Assembly: GCA_044222475.1 (NCBI GenBank)
Contig: JBGANF010000002.1
Location: 64,001-128,000 of the forward strand
From: Polyangiaceae bacterium
Lineage (GTDB): Bacteria > Myxococcota_A > Polyangia > Polyangiales > Polyangiaceae
DNA length: 64,000 bases
Reading direction: 5' to 3'
In this document: positions 18,801-28,966 of the stretch, piece by piece
How the letters are laid out: each line of letters starts with the position of its first letter
Position numbering within the stretch: position 1 is the first letter of the stretch
The notes under the pieces: generated by a model
Databases searched by the model: none
Seen by the model: only the letters and a program-made list of their open reading frames with translations
What the model was told of the DNA's origin: nothing
Position numbers and translations under genes: made by a program

Positions 18801-21800
18801 CGACGCTCGAAGAGGAGGCTCTCGCGGCGCCCGATCAGGCGGTGAAGCTGTACCGTCGCATCCTCGAGATGGTGCCGAAGCACGGTCGCGCCCTGCGTTC
18901 GCTCGCGCGCCTGCTGCAGACGAGCGGAGACGCCGCCGAGGCGGCCGCGATGCTCGAGCGCGAGCGCGACCAGCGCGAAGGACCGGAGCGCGCCGCACGC
19001 GAGATCGAACTCGCGAAGCTCTACGCCGGCCCGCTCAAGCGCCCCAACGACGCTCTCGAGGCCATCAAGCGCGCGCTCGAGCTGTCACCGAACGACACCG
19101 GCGCGATCGCCCAGCTCGAAGAGCTCCTCAACGTGCCCCAGACCCGCGGCCGCGTCGCGAGCGTGCTCGAGGGCATCTACGCCGATCGAGGCGACGGCGC
19201 CCGACAAGCTCAAATCCTCGAGGTGCTCCTCGCGACGACGGCGGCGAAGGCCGACCGTCTCCCTCTGTACGACCGTCTGCTCGGCGTGCACGAGAACCTC
19301 GGCAACCTGGAGATGGCGTTCGACGTCGGCGTCCGCGCGACGACCGATTTCCCGATGGAGCTCGCGCTCTGGGATCGGCTCAGCGTCCTCGCGAACCGCA
19401 CCCAGAAGACTCCCCAGTTCGTCGAGGCCCTCGCGGCCGCCCTCCCCGAGGGGGCGCCCAGCGGGCTGTCGCCGGCGGTCGAAGCCGATCTCGCCGAGCG
19501 TGCCGCCACGATGTACGACGAGTCGCTCGGCGACGTCGAACGCGCACGTCCCTATTTGGAGCGCGTCCTCCGGATCGATCCGACGAACGACCGCGCCTTC
19601 GCGCGTCTCAAGCAGATCCTGACCTCGCTCGAGCGCTGGGACGACCTCGAGGCGCTGTACGAGCGCACCGTGCTCGCCGCCGAGGAGCATCGCCGCCCCG
19701 ATCTCCTCGCCGAGGTCGCTCTTCTCGCCGAAGAGATCATCGGCGATCGCGTCAAAGCGATCCGCTACTACGAGCGCATCCTCGAGATCGATCGCGGTCA
19801 CGAGCAGGCGACGCGCTCGCTCGACGCGCTCTACGCGTCCGAGGGCGCGTGGGACCGGCTCGCGGCGCTCCTCGAGCGTCGCCTCGAAGGAGCATCCGGC
19901 GAAGAAGCGCAGGCGCTCCGCTTGCGGCTCGGCGCGCTCCACGCCACTCGGCTCGACAACGGCTCGCGCGCGCTCGATTACCTCGAGGCCGCGCTCACGT
20001 CGGACCCGTCGAACCACGAGGCGCGCGATCACGTCGAGAAGCTGCTCGAGGATCGCACGCTCCGCGCCCGCGCCGCCGTCATCCTCGAGGCGGTCTACGT
20101 CGCGCAGGACCAGCCGCGCGATCTCGTCCGCATCCTCGAGGTGCGCCTGGAGTCCGCGAGCGACGCGGAGCGCGTCGAGCTCCTTCGCCGCGCCGCCGAG
20201 CTGCGCGACGAACGCCTGAACGAGGACGTCGCTGCGCTCGACACGTACGCGCGGCTCGTCCCGCTCGCTCCGGAGGACACCCACTCGCGCGAGCGCTTGC
20301 TCGACCTCGCGCGGCGCGTCGGTGCGCACGAGCAGGCGGCCGAGGTGCTCTCCGCCGCCGCCAAGAACGCGGCGACTCCGCAACCGCGCGGCGAGATCCT
20401 CTCGCAGGTCGCGCACATCTACGAGGACCTCCTCTCCGACAGCGCGAAGGCAGAGGCCGCGTACCGAGAGGTGCTCACGCTCGACGAGAGCGACGCTGCC
20501 CTGACGTTGCCGGCGGCGCGTGCGCTCGAGAAGATCTACGCTGCTTCGAACCGTCACGAAGATCTCGCGCGGATGCTCGCGATCCAGGTCAAGCTCGAGG
20601 ACGACGGTGCGGTCAAGCGCGAGCTCCGCGGCCGACTCGGCGACCTCTACGAGACGGCCCAAAACGATCGCGCGGCGGCCATCGCCGTGTGGCGCGCGTG
20701 CGTCGATGACGACTCGTCGGACGAGCGAGCGCTCGCGGCGCTCGATCGCCTGTACGCGGCCGGGGGCGAACACCGCGCCCTCGTCGACGTCCTGCGTCAG
20801 CGCGAGCGGCTCGTGACCGACGGAGGCGAGCGCAAGGCGCTCATGCTCCGCCTCGCCGAGACCCTCGCCGGGAAGCTCTCCGACGTGCCGGAGGCGATCG
20901 CCGCGTATCGCGCGGTGCTCGACGACTTCGGCGCCGAGCGACCCGTGCTGGCGGCGCTCGCCACCTTGTACGACGTCGCCGATCGCCACCCGGAGCTCGC
21001 CGAGACGCTCGAGAGCGAGCTCGGAATGGTCGACGCGCCTGGTGACCGGCTCGCGCTGCTCGCGCGCCTCGGTGAGGTGCGGCGTCGCAAGCTCGGCGAC
21101 GTGCCGGGCGCGATGGATGCCTATCGCCAGGCGCTCACCATCGATCCGTCTCACGCGCCCAGCCGGGCCGCCCTCGAGGAGCTCCTCGACGACGCGAACG
21201 CGCGGCGCGACGCTGCCGAGACCCTGCGGCCGCTGTACGAGGCCGACGGCGAGCACAAGAAGCTCCTCCGCGTCCTCGACATCGAGGCGGAGTACGCCGA
21301 CTCGCCGTCCGACAAGCTCGCGCTCTTCGCCCAGGCGGCGATGGTCGCGGAGCAGTCGCTCGGTGACATGAACCGCGCGTTCGACGACACCGCGCGCGGC
21401 GTTCGCCAGGCCGTCGGCGAGCCCGAGCTCCCCAACTGGCTCGAGCGCGCCGAGCGTCTCGCCGCCGCCACCGATCGCCACCGCGATCTCATGGAGCTGC
21501 TCAAGGCGATCGCGCCCGAGGTCCTCGACGAGAACCTCCAGCTCGACGTCACGCTCAAAGTCGCGGAGCTCGCCGAGGCGCGCCTCGCCGACGTGCCGCT
21601 CGCTCGCACCTACTACGAGAAGGCGCTCGCCATCCGCGACACCGACGTGCGGACGTTGTCGTCGCTCGAGCGCCTGTACGACGCGCTGAGCGATCACTCG
21701 GCGCTCCGAGGCATCCTCGAGAAGCGCGCGGAAGGAGCGGAGTCGGAGTCGGAGCAGAAGGAGTACCTCTTCAAGCTCGCGCGCCTCTGCCACGAGAAGC

Positions 21801-24800
21801 TCGGCGATTCGCCGGCCGCCATCCAGACCTACGAGCGCATCCTCGACCTCGGGCTCGATCCGGCGGCCGTCGCCGAGCTCGAGCGTCTCTACGGGGAGGC
21901 GTCGCGCTGGGACGACCTCGTGGCTCTCTACGAGCGGCAGATCGGCGCCGACCCGGAGAGCGAGAAGAAGGCGAGCCTCCACCAGAAGATTGGCGACGTC
22001 TTCGAGAAGCGCATCTCGGATCTCGACCGCGCGTTCGGCGAGTACGAAGCGGCGCTGCGCCTCTCGGCGCAGCACGGCGCGACGGTGGCGTCGCTCGAAG
22101 GGCTGATGAAGAACCCCGAGCACGCCGCCCGCGCGGCCGAGATGCTCGAGGCGGTGTACCTCGCGCGGCTCGATTGGCGCCGCGTGATGGGCACAGTCGA
22201 GGCTCGCCTCGCCGTGAGCCAAGATCCCGACGAGCGTCGCGAGCTCCTCCGTCGTCTCGCGAAGCTCCACGAGGAACAAGAAGAGAACTACCCGGCCGCG
22301 CTCGAGACCACCGCGAAGCTCCTCGCCGAGGACGTGTCGGACGAATCGACGTGGGGAGAGCTCGAGCGTCTCGCGCGCGTCGCCAACAGCGAGCGCCGAC
22401 TCGCCGACATCTTCGCGGCCGAGCTCGACAAGGTGACCGCGGAAGAAGGGGCGACGGCGAAGCTCGCCAAGCGCACCGGCGAGCTGTTCGAACGCCAGAA
22501 AGACGCCGAGCAAGCGCTGAAGTACTACCGGCGCGCGTATGCGTTCGCGCCCGAGGAGTCGGAGGGCGTCTTCGAGGCGATCGACCGTCTCCTTCGCGAG
22601 CTGTCGCGGCCGAAGGACCGAGTCACCCTCTACCGAGACGCACTCCAACACCGCGACGATCCGGCCGCGCGGCTCACGACCCTGCACACGATCGCGCTGC
22701 TCGAAGAGGCCGAGATCGGCGACGACGACGCAGCGATCGAGACCTACCGCGCCGCCCTCGACGTCGACGAGACCGACGCGCACTCGTTGGAGTCGCTCGC
22801 GCGCCTCTACGCGCGCCGCGAACGCTTCCGCGACCTCGCCGATCTCACCCGGCGTCGCGCGGAGCAGGCGGCTCTGCCCGAGGAAGAGGCGAAGTTCCGG
22901 TTCGATCTCGGTCAGCTCCTCGAGCACAAGCTCGGCGAGAAGGGGACCGCGATCGACGAGTACCAAGCCGTGGTCGACGTCCTGCCGCCAGGGGCGGGGA
23001 GCCCCGCGTCGCAAGGTGCGGTCGAAGCGCTCGAGCGCCTCCTCAAGGACGAGGAGCACAAGGCGCGCATCATCGACATCCTCCGCCCGATCTACGAGCG
23101 CGCCGACGATTGGCGCCACCTCGTGACCGTGAACGAGGAGCGACTCCGCCTCGCCGGCGACCCGCAGGAGCGCGTCAGCGTGCTTCGTGAGACGGCGAAG
23201 CTCCTCGAGGACCGCGGCGGCGATCGCGCTGGCGCGTTCGAGGCGGTGCGCGAGGCGTTCGTCCTCGATCCCGAGGACGGCGAATCGCGGGCCGAGCTCG
23301 ACCGGCTCGGTGAAGCGACCGAGCGTTGGGACGAGCTCGCCGACACGTACGAGAAGGCGATCGAGAAGACCGAGGACTTCGCCAAGCGCGAGCTGCTCGG
23401 CGCGCTGGCCAAGCTCCACGACGCCAAGCGCGACGACCCGCGCCGCGCACTCGACGCGTACGAGCGCCTTTTCGCCCTCGACGAGACCGACATCGCTCCG
23501 CTCGAGCAGATGGATTCACTCGCGACGCTCCTGTCGGACTGGGAGCGGCTCGTCCGGATCCTCGCGAAGAAGGCGGAGCTCCTCCCGAACGACGAAGACC
23601 GCGCCAGCACGTGGCGGCGCATCGCCGAGTCGAAGCGGGACATGTTGGAAGACGCCCCCGGCGCCATCCAAGCCTACGAACGTGCGCTCGAGCTCGAGCC
23701 CGACAGCGCGTGGACGATCGACAACCTCATCCCCCTCTACGAGGCGAAGAACGACGCGGCGCGGCTGGTGGACCTCTACCGCCGGCGCATCGATCTGTGC
23801 GGCGAGGACGACGGCGAGCTGCGCCACCAGCTCCTGCTCGACGCGGCGACTCGGTACGAGACCGGGCTGAGCGATCGTCGCGAGGCGATCAACCTCCTGT
23901 CGGAGGCTCTCGGTCATCGGCCGGGCGATGCAGGCGTCACCGAGCGCCTGAGCAAGCTCTACGAGCAAGAGAAGATGTGGCCGGAGCTCCTCGAGAACCT
24001 CAAGCTCCAGGCGGCATCGAGCAGCGGCGACGAACGGCGCGCGCTCAAGAAGCGAATCGGCGGCCTCCTCGCCTCCGAGCTCGACGACGCTCGCGCTGCG
24101 CTCGACGCGTACCGCGAGGTGCTCGACGAGGGCTTCGACGAACCGTCCGCGAAGGCCGTTCGCGAGCTCGGCGAGCAGCGCGAAGAGCTCCGCGGCGAAG
24201 CAGCCGACGTCCTCGAGCCCGTCTTGCGGGCCGCGGGGAAGGACGCCGAGGTCGCGGCCGTGCTCGAGATGCGCCTGCGGAGCCAGACCGATCCGGTCGA
24301 CCGTGCGCGCACGCTGCGCGCGATCGCCCAGGTCGCCGAGGGGAAGCTCGGCGACGCGGGGCGCGCGTTCGACGCGCTCCTCCGAGCGCTCGCGGACGAG
24401 CCCCACGAGCAGGAGCTCCACGCGGAGCTCGTTCGCCTCGCCGGGACCCTCGGCAAGGGCGCGTGGGAGCGCTACGCAGACGCGCTCAGCGAGCGCGCCG
24501 GCGCGCTCTTCGACGCGAGCTTGGCGTCGGAGCTGTTCGTGCGATTGGGCAAGGTCGCCGAGGAGCAGCTCGGTGACGACGCGCGTGCGGCGAAGGCCTA
24601 CGGTGCCGCGACCGAGCAGACCGGCGACTCCGTCGAGACCCTGTCGGCGCTCGATCGTCTCTACGGTCGCCTCGGCGAGACGAAGAGCCTCGCCGGAGTG
24701 CTCGAGCGACGAGCCTCGATGGAGGCGGATCCGCAGGTCCAATCCGAGCTCGAGTTCCGCCTCGCGAGTCTCCAGATCAAGGAGTTCGGCGAGCGCCCCA

Positions 24801-27145
24801 AGGGCCTCGCGACGCTCCGGAGCGCGCTCGAGCGCGTCCCCGATCACGGACCGAGTCGCGAAGCCGTCGAGTCGCTGCTCGAGGACGAGGCGCTCTTCCA
24901 AGAGGCGTTCGAGACCCTCGAGTCGGTGTACCGCACGCTGGGCAAGAGCACCGAGCTCGGCAACCTCTACGAGAAGCGCGTCGGTCGCGCGCGCGACGCG
25001 CACGAGCGCACGCGGGCTCGGCTCGAGCTCGCGCGCGTCCTCGACGAGCAGGTGCACGACCCCGCTCGCGCTCAACGCGCGATCGAGGCCGCGCTCGAAG
25101 ACGACGTCGCCGACGCGGACGTCCTCGCCGAGCTCGAGCGCTTGGCTCCGGTGACGAACGGGTTCGCCGAAGCGGCGAACGCTCTCGCGCGCGCTCTCGG
25201 AGCAGCGCGCGACGTTCCCTCGGCGACGCGATCCGAGCTCTGGACTCGCCTCGCCGGCTGGCGGCGAGACAAGCTGAGCGACGCGAAGGGGGCCGAGGAG
25301 GCTTTCGTCGAGGCGCAGAAGCTCGAACCCGAGAGCATCGATATCATCAAACATATCGAAGACTTGCAGCGGGCTCCTGGTCGCGAGCGCGACCTCGTCG
25401 GGACGCTCCGCGCGCGCGCCAAGATCGAGGGCGAGCCGGACACGAAGCGCCAGCTCCTCCGCGAGGCGAAGTCGCTCGCCGAAGGCGTCCTCGCCGATGG
25501 CGCGCTCGTCGAGCAGGTCCTCCGCGATCTCCTCGCCGAGGACGACGGCGACCTCTGGGCGATCGAAGAGCTCACCAAGGTCCGTGAGGCCGCCTCGGCC
25601 TGGGACGAGGTAGCGACCCTGCTGCTCCGCCGAGCCGAGCTCGAGGCGGACGGCGCGCTCATCACCCAGCTTCGTCACCGCGCTGCGACGGTGATCCGCG
25701 AGAAGCTGAACGATGCCAACCGCGCGACGAAGCTCTACGAAGAGATCTTCGACGCCGACGCAGGCGACGCTGCCGCGTCGCAGGCGCTCCGCGAGCTCTA
25801 CGGAGCAGCGAAGAAGACCAAGGACCTCGTGCGTCTGCTCGAGCGCCTGATCGACGTCGCCGAGAGCGAAGAGCAGCGCTCGACGCTCCGCGTGGAGCTC
25901 GCTCGCGTCAAAGACGCGTCGGGCGACACGCGCGACGCCATCGAGACGCTGCGCGCGATCCTCGAAGAGAACCGAGGGCACAAAGAGGCGATCCTCGCGC
26001 TGTCCGAGCTGCTCGAGAAGAGCGGCATGGATGAGGAGCTCGCCGAGCTGCTCAACGGACAGATCGAGGGGGCGAAGGAGCGCGGCGACGTCGAGAGCGA
26101 GCTCGCGCTGCAGGTCCGCCTCGGCGAGGTCTTCGAGACGCGCCTGAAGGACGTGGGTCGCGCCCTCGAGACGTACGAGGCCGTGCTCGCGCGCGACGGC
26201 GCGCATCGTCAGGCGCTCGACGCGATCGCGCGCTTGTCCGAGGGCCGCGCCCAGTGGGAGCGCGCCGCCCAAGCGCTCTCCAAGTTGCTCGAGCTCACGA
26301 CCGAGCCCGCCGAAGGCATCGCGCTCGCCCTGCGTCTCGCGCAAGCGCGCGAGGCCCTCAAGGACGAGGCTGGCGTCGAGGCCGCGCTCCGCGGCGCTCT
26401 CCGCTTCGATCCGTGGAAGGAGGAGGTGCGATCGCGCCTCCGTTCACTCCTGGAGAAGTCGGCGAAGTGGACCGAGCTGGCGGAGCTCCTCGCCGAGGAC
26501 GCGATCCGCCTCGAGGACGCCCTCCCGGCCGACAAGCCGGCGCCTGCCGTCGCAGCCGTCATCAAGGCGCTGCGCGCTGCGGCGGACATCCACCTCGTCC
26601 AGCGCAAGGCGCCGGGGGAGGCCGTGCCGCTGCTCGAGCGAGCGTCCGCGCTCGCACCTCAAGATCGCGACCTCCTGCTCGTCCTGTGCGACGCGTACAC
26701 CACCTCCGGGCGCGAGCGCGCCGCGGCCGACGTCCTCGAGAAGGTCATCGCGTCGTACGGCGGCAAGCGCTCCAAGGAGCTCGCCGGCGTTCACTATCGC
26801 CTCGGTCGCGCTCTGGCCGGTCTCGGCGAGAAGGACCAGGCGTTCGCGCAGTACGACCAGGCATTCAAGATCGATCCCGGCAACGTCCAGGTTCTGAAGG
26901 ACCTAGGCCTCGCCGCGATGGAGAACGGCGACCTCGATCGCGCGCAGAAGACCTTTCGCGCGCTCCTCCTCCAGAAGCTCGACGGCGCGTCGGGGATCAC
27001 CAAGGGCGGCGTCTTCTTCTACCTCGGCGAGATCACCATGAAGCAGGGCGACAAGCCCAAGGCGATCCAGATGTACGAGCGCGCGATCGAGAACGAAGCC
27101 GGACACGCCGAGGCGAAGCAGCGGCTCGCCGAGCTGAAAGGCTGA
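15854..27145 (+). CDS. Giant (3763 aa) tetratricopeptide-repeat protein, AgmK/GltI-like
   Basis: Uninterrupted helical TPR-like repeats (A...Y..AL..DP....A...LERLY....W..L) along the whole length. No signal peptide. Confidence 0.88.
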   Translation: MSAQDLRSSLGLLQDDPENESAYAQLSQAIGKGDVEGMTREEVGRLLASARHAHEGRREHDAAASLLELELVVAQGGPMEHELLMMLARTCEQELFDDARAAAAFERIVALVPGDAAAAEALERISAKRSKWNDLVLRYVEEANAAGEPGFKSSLLVSAAEVAYRYGRHAIQSSGEKGIKKKLAALNAEIMQRLEEAFRLDPRSRRCAALLERVYREHKKWEELAQVLEKAGAESTVKEEKTAAFVRLARVLTKKLESPERAVAAYERVLDLSPGHNEATTALVDFFTSREMWDHLVSLYDEQLAASQRAGHPDPGIAFQIAMVHWRMRGRADAAEPYFEKLRKVEPAHPGMLNFFREYLGQKGDNAKLSQVLTDAQRAMPEGPARAQIAVELARLAEEGANATKAIEQWRALLRQDPTNHDARDALKRLYRQSAAWPALGDLLRGELEKIPADDKAARLPILKEIAVLYRDHLKNDAGLVSVLTQISALDPDDTETVRELVRVYEALGRVRDLLVSQARLADLETDPGTKAELHRLVARRYLEQFSNVQNATEAYEKLIQILPQDPEATEKLKELYVKRRSYKPLYDLMEAEASRLGEGPERRAAWIEMAKLAGERLDRAEDAVALYRKVLEEEPGALAALDALEKLAEREKDYPTVADALERRLLVTEGEQAKLSVLQKLGVLYAERLQDPKGTVRTFRRVLEVSPGNAKALRVLRDAYLGSGDYDGLEALFAESQDWEGLADVLSSAADRATDSAAKVELSFRSADVYVNKIQSPERAFRAYERVLSVRPDDARAAAALIPLYEKEERWPRLPPLYEVLLAHAGSTAEKLELLGKLVSITSEKLQDGGAAFGYARKAYELAPDAPGALDALEAVARRSREWSAFVDTIEAREKSASDAEEKRALAAKKAEISATELGKVDEAIATYRALVEQNPDDEVAVGALDRILRSADRRDDLRWLYDLRVERANTAQKLELLNEWATLEEEALAAPDQAVKLYRRILEMVPKHGRALRSLARLLQTSGDAAEAAAMLERERDQREGPERAAREIELAKLYAGPLKRPNDALEAIKRALELSPNDTGAIAQLEELLNVPQTRGRVASVLEGIYADRGDGARQAQILEVLLATTAAKADRLPLYDRLLGVHENLGNLEMAFDVGVRATTDFPMELALWDRLSVLANRTQKTPQFVEALAAALPEGAPSGLSPAVEADLAERAATMYDESLGDVERARPYLERVLRIDPTNDRAFARLKQILTSLERWDDLEALYERTVLAAEEHRRPDLLAEVALLAEEIIGDRVKAIRYYERILEIDRGHEQATRSLDALYASEGAWDRLAALLERRLEGASGEEAQALRLRLGALHATRLDNGSRALDYLEAALTSDPSNHEARDHVEKLLEDRTLRARAAVILEAVYVAQDQPRDLVRILEVRLESASDAERVELLRRAAELRDERLNEDVAALDTYARLVPLAPEDTHSRERLLDLARRVGAHEQAAEVLSAAAKNAATPQPRGEILSQVAHIYEDLLSDSAKAEAAYREVLTLDESDAALTLPAARALEKIYAASNRHEDLARMLAIQVKLEDDGAVKRELRGRLGDLYETAQNDRAAAIAVWRACVDDDSSDERALAALDRLYAAGGEHRALVDVLRQRERLVTDGGERKALMLRLAETLAGKLSDVPEAIAAYRAVLDDFGAERPVLAALATLYDVADRHPELAETLESELGMVDAPGDRLALLARLGEVRRRKLGDVPGAMDAYRQALTIDPSHAPSRAALEELLDDANARRDAAETLRPLYEADGEHKKLLRVLDIEAEYADSPSDKLALFAQAAMVAEQSLGDMNRAFDDTARGVRQAVGEPELPNWLERAERLAAATDRHRDLMELLKAIAPEVLDENLQLDVTLKVAELAEARLADVPLARTYYEKALAIRDTDVRTLSSLERLYDALSDHSALRGILEKRAEGAESESEQKEYLFKLARLCHEKLGDSPAAIQTYERILDLGLDPAAVAELERLYGEASRWDDLVALYERQIGADPESEKKASLHQKIGDVFEKRISDLDRAFGEYEAALRLSAQHGATVASLEGLMKNPEHAARAAEMLEAVYLARLDWRRVMGTVEARLAVSQDPDERRELLRRLAKLHEEQEENYPAALETTAKLLAEDVSDESTWGELERLARVANSERRLADIFAAELDKVTAEEGATAKLAKRTGELFERQKDAEQALKYYRRAYAFAPEESEGVFEAIDRLLRELSRPKDRVTLYRDALQHRDDPAARLTTLHTIALLEEAEIGDDDAAIETYRAALDVDETDAHSLESLARLYARRERFRDLADLTRRRAEQAALPEEEAKFRFDLGQLLEHKLGEKGTAIDEYQAVVDVLPPGAGSPASQGAVEALERLLKDEEHKARIIDILRPIYERADDWRHLVTVNEERLRLAGDPQERVSVLRETAKLLEDRGGDRAGAFEAVREAFVLDPEDGESRAELDRLGEATERWDELADTYEKAIEKTEDFAKRELLGALAKLHDAKRDDPRRALDAYERLFALDETDIAPLEQMDSLATLLSDWERLVRILAKKAELLPNDEDRASTWRRIAESKRDMLEDAPGAIQAYERALELEPDSAWTIDNLIPLYEAKNDAARLVDLYRRRIDLCGEDDGELRHQLLLDAATRYETGLSDRREAINLLSEALGHRPGDAGVTERLSKLYEQEKMWPELLENLKLQAASSSGDERRALKKRIGGLLASELDDARAALDAYREVLDEGFDEPSAKAVRELGEQREELRGEAADVLEPVLRAAGKDAEVAAVLEMRLRSQTDPVDRARTLRAIAQVAEGKLGDAGRAFDALLRALADEPHEQELHAELVRLAGTLGKGAWERYADALSERAGALFDASLASELFVRLGKVAEEQLGDDARAAKAYGAATEQTGDSVETLSALDRLYGRLGETKSLAGVLERRASMEADPQVQSELEFRLASLQIKEFGERPKGLATLRSALERVPDHGPSREAVESLLEDEALFQEAFETLESVYRTLGKSTELGNLYEKRVGRARDAHERTRARLELARVLDEQVHDPARAQRAIEAALEDDVADADVLAELERLAPVTNGFAEAANALARALGAARDVPSATRSELWTRLAGWRRDKLSDAKGAEEAFVEAQKLEPESIDIIKHIEDLQRAPGRERDLVGTLRARAKIEGEPDTKRQLLREAKSLAEGVLADGALVEQVLRDLLAEDDGDLWAIEELTKVREAASAWDEVATLLLRRAELEADGALITQLRHRAATVIREKLNDANRATKLYEEIFDADAGDAAASQALRELYGAAKKTKDLVRLLERLIDVAESEEQRSTLRVELARVKDASGDTRDAIETLRAILEENRGHKEAILALSELLEKSGMDEELAELLNGQIEGAKERGDVESELALQVRLGEVFETRLKDVGRALETYEAVLARDGAHRQALDAIARLSEGRAQWERAAQALSKLLELTTEPAEGIALALRLAQAREALKDEAGVEAALRGALRFDPWKEEVRSRLRSLLEKSAKWTELAELLAEDAIRLEDALPADKPAPAVAAVIKALRAAADIHLVQRKAPGEAVPLLERASALAPQDRDLLLVLCDAYTTSGRERAAADVLEKVIASYGGKRSKELAGVHYRLGRALAGLGEKDQAFAQYDQAFKIDPGNVQVLKDLGLAAMENGDLDRAQKTFRALLLQKLDGASGITKGGVFFYLGEITMKQGDKPKAIQMYERAIENEAGHAEAKQRLAELKG

Positions 27146-27154
27146 GTCGTCGCC

Positions 27155-27748
27155 GTGCGCCGGCTTCTCGGGTGGATGCTCGGGGTCGTCGCGTGGCTTT
27201 GGGTCGCGACGCTGCGGGTGCGCATCGTCGAGAATCCGGCGCTCGCCGCGGTGCGGGGCGAGCGCTGGGTGCTCGGGTTCTTCCACGGCACCCAGTTCGC
27301 CCTGCACGCGCTCGCGCGACGCCGGCCGACGGCGGTCATGGTGAGCCGATCGAAGGACGGCGCGATCCAAGCAGCGGCGCTCGGGCTCCTCGGCTTCGAG
27401 GTCGTCCGGGGGTCGAGCTCGCGCGGAGCCGCGGGGGCGCTCGCTGCGATGGTGCGTCACGTCTCGGCCGGAGGCGACGCCGCGTTCGCCGTCGACGGCC
27501 CGCGCGGCCCGTACGGGGTCGCGAAGCCCGGTGCAGCGGCGGTCGCGCGGCGCGGGGCAGCCGTGCTCGTCCCCGCGGGGTGCGCCGCATCGCGGGCGTG
27601 GGTCCTCCGGAAGGCGTGGGATCGCTTCGTCCTCCCGGTCCCGTTCTCCCGCGTCGTCATCGATCTCGGGCCGCCGGTCGAGGCGCCGTCGGCGCTCTCT
27701 CAGATGATTGCAGAATGCAATGAACGCGCCGAGGCACTGGCGGCATGA
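27155..27748 (+). CDS. DUF374 / lysophospholipid acyltransferase family protein
   Basis: FFHG, MVSRSKDG, RGSSSRG, AVDGPRGP, WDRFVLPVPF. Confidence 0.88.
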   Translation: MRRLLGWMLGVVAWLWVATLRVRIVENPALAAVRGERWVLGFFHGTQFALHALARRRPTAVMVSRSKDGAIQAAALGLLGFEVVRGSSSRGAAGALAAMVRHVSAGGDAAFAVDGPRGPYGVAKPGAAAVARRGAAVLVPAGCAASRAWVLRKAWDRFVLPVPFSRVVIDLGPPVEAPSALSQMIAECNERAEALAA

Positions 27749-28545
27749 TCGCGCGCGTCGATGGCGTGCCGCAGGCCGTCGTGCCCGTCCAAGACCGCGG
27801 CTTCCTCCACGGCGACTCCGTGTTCGAGGTCCTGCGCGTGCACCGCGGGCGGCCCTTCCTCCTGCCGTGGCACCGTGAGCGACTCGAAGCAGGGCTCGCG
27901 GCGTTTCGCTTCGGCGACGCGACCCGCGTTTGGGACGACGTCACCGCGGTCCTCGCCGACGCCGGCGACCGTGACGGCGTGCTGCGCATCGTGGTGACCC
28001 GCGGGGAAGGAAACGTCCGCGCGCCGCTCGCCTCGCTCACGCCTCGCACGGTGGTCACGTTCCGCGATCTTCCGCCGGAGGGGCCGACGTTGCGGGTCAC
28101 GATCGTCGACGCGCCCCGCGTCACGCGGAGCATGCCGTCGGCGCAGGCGAAGTACGCGCGCTACCTTCCGTACCTGCTCGCGAACGACGACGCCCATCGC
28201 CTCGGGTTCGACGAAGCGCTCCTCCTCGACGAAGCCGGCGACGTCGCCGAAGCGGCGACCGCCAACCTCTTCGCGGTGATCGACGGCTTGCTCGTGACGC
28301 CCTCGCTGGCGAGCGGCATCCTCGCCGGCATCACGCGCCGGTGGATCGTCGAGAACGCGAGCGGGCTCGGGCTCACCCTCGCCGAGCGTGCGCTCGCGCG
28401 GGCCGAGCTCGCGCGAGCGACCGAGGTGTTCCTGTCGTCGAGCGTGCGCCTCGTCGCGCCCGTCGTGGCGTGCGATGGGACCTCGTACTCGGCACCGGGG
28501 CCAACCACGAGCGTCCTGGCCACGGCCCTCGCCGCAGCGATGTGA
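27745..28545 (+). CDS. Class IV PLP aminotransferase (IlvE/PabC/Dat family)
   Basis: DRGFLHGDSVFE, HRERL, EAATANLF, GILAGITR. Confidence 0.9.
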   Translation: MIARVDGVPQAVVPVQDRGFLHGDSVFEVLRVHRGRPFLLPWHRERLEAGLAAFRFGDATRVWDDVTAVLADAGDRDGVLRIVVTRGEGNVRAPLASLTPRTVVTFRDLPPEGPTLRVTIVDAPRVTRSMPSAQAKYARYLPYLLANDDAHRLGFDEALLLDEAGDVAEAATANLFAVIDGLLVTPSLASGILAGITRRWIVENASGLGLTLAERALARAELARATEVFLSSSVRLVAPVVACDGTSYSAPGPTTSVLATALAAAM

Positions 28546-28549
28546 GCGG

Positions 28550-28948
28550 TCAGCGCGTGCTCGGCGGCCCGCTGTCCAGGACCGCGATCGCGTCGATCTC
28601 GACGCGCGCGCCCTTCGGGAGCGCCGCGACCTGCACCGTCGCTCGCGCGGGGAACACGCCGGAGAACCGCTTGCCGTAGATCTCGTTGACCTTCTGGAAG
28701 TCGCCGAGGTCGGTGAGGTAGATCGTGGTGCGCACCACGTGCGCGAACGACGCGCCGGCCGCTTCGAGGACGGCGGCGAGGTTGTGCAGTACGCGGTTCG
28801 TCTCGTCCTCGATGGATCCGTTGACGAGGACCCCGCTCGCAGGATCCAGCGCGATCTGCCCGCTGAGGAACAGGAACCGGTCGGCGCGGACCGCCTGCGA
28901 GTAGGGGCCGATGGCGACGGGGGCGTTGGGCGACGTGACTGCCTTCAT
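28550..28948 (-). CDS. ridA: RidA family reactive-intermediate deaminase
   Basis: APVAIGPYSQAV, SGQIA, FPARATVQVAALPKGARVEIDAIA. Confidence 0.93.
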   Translation of the reverse strand: MKAVTSPNAPVAIGPYSQAVRADRFLFLSGQIALDPASGVLVNGSIEDETNRVLHNLAAVLEAAGASFAHVVRTTIYLTDLGDFQKVNEIYGKRFSGVFPARATVQVAALPKGARVEIDAIAVLDSGPPSTR

Positions 28949-28966
28949 GATCTCGAATCTCCTGGT

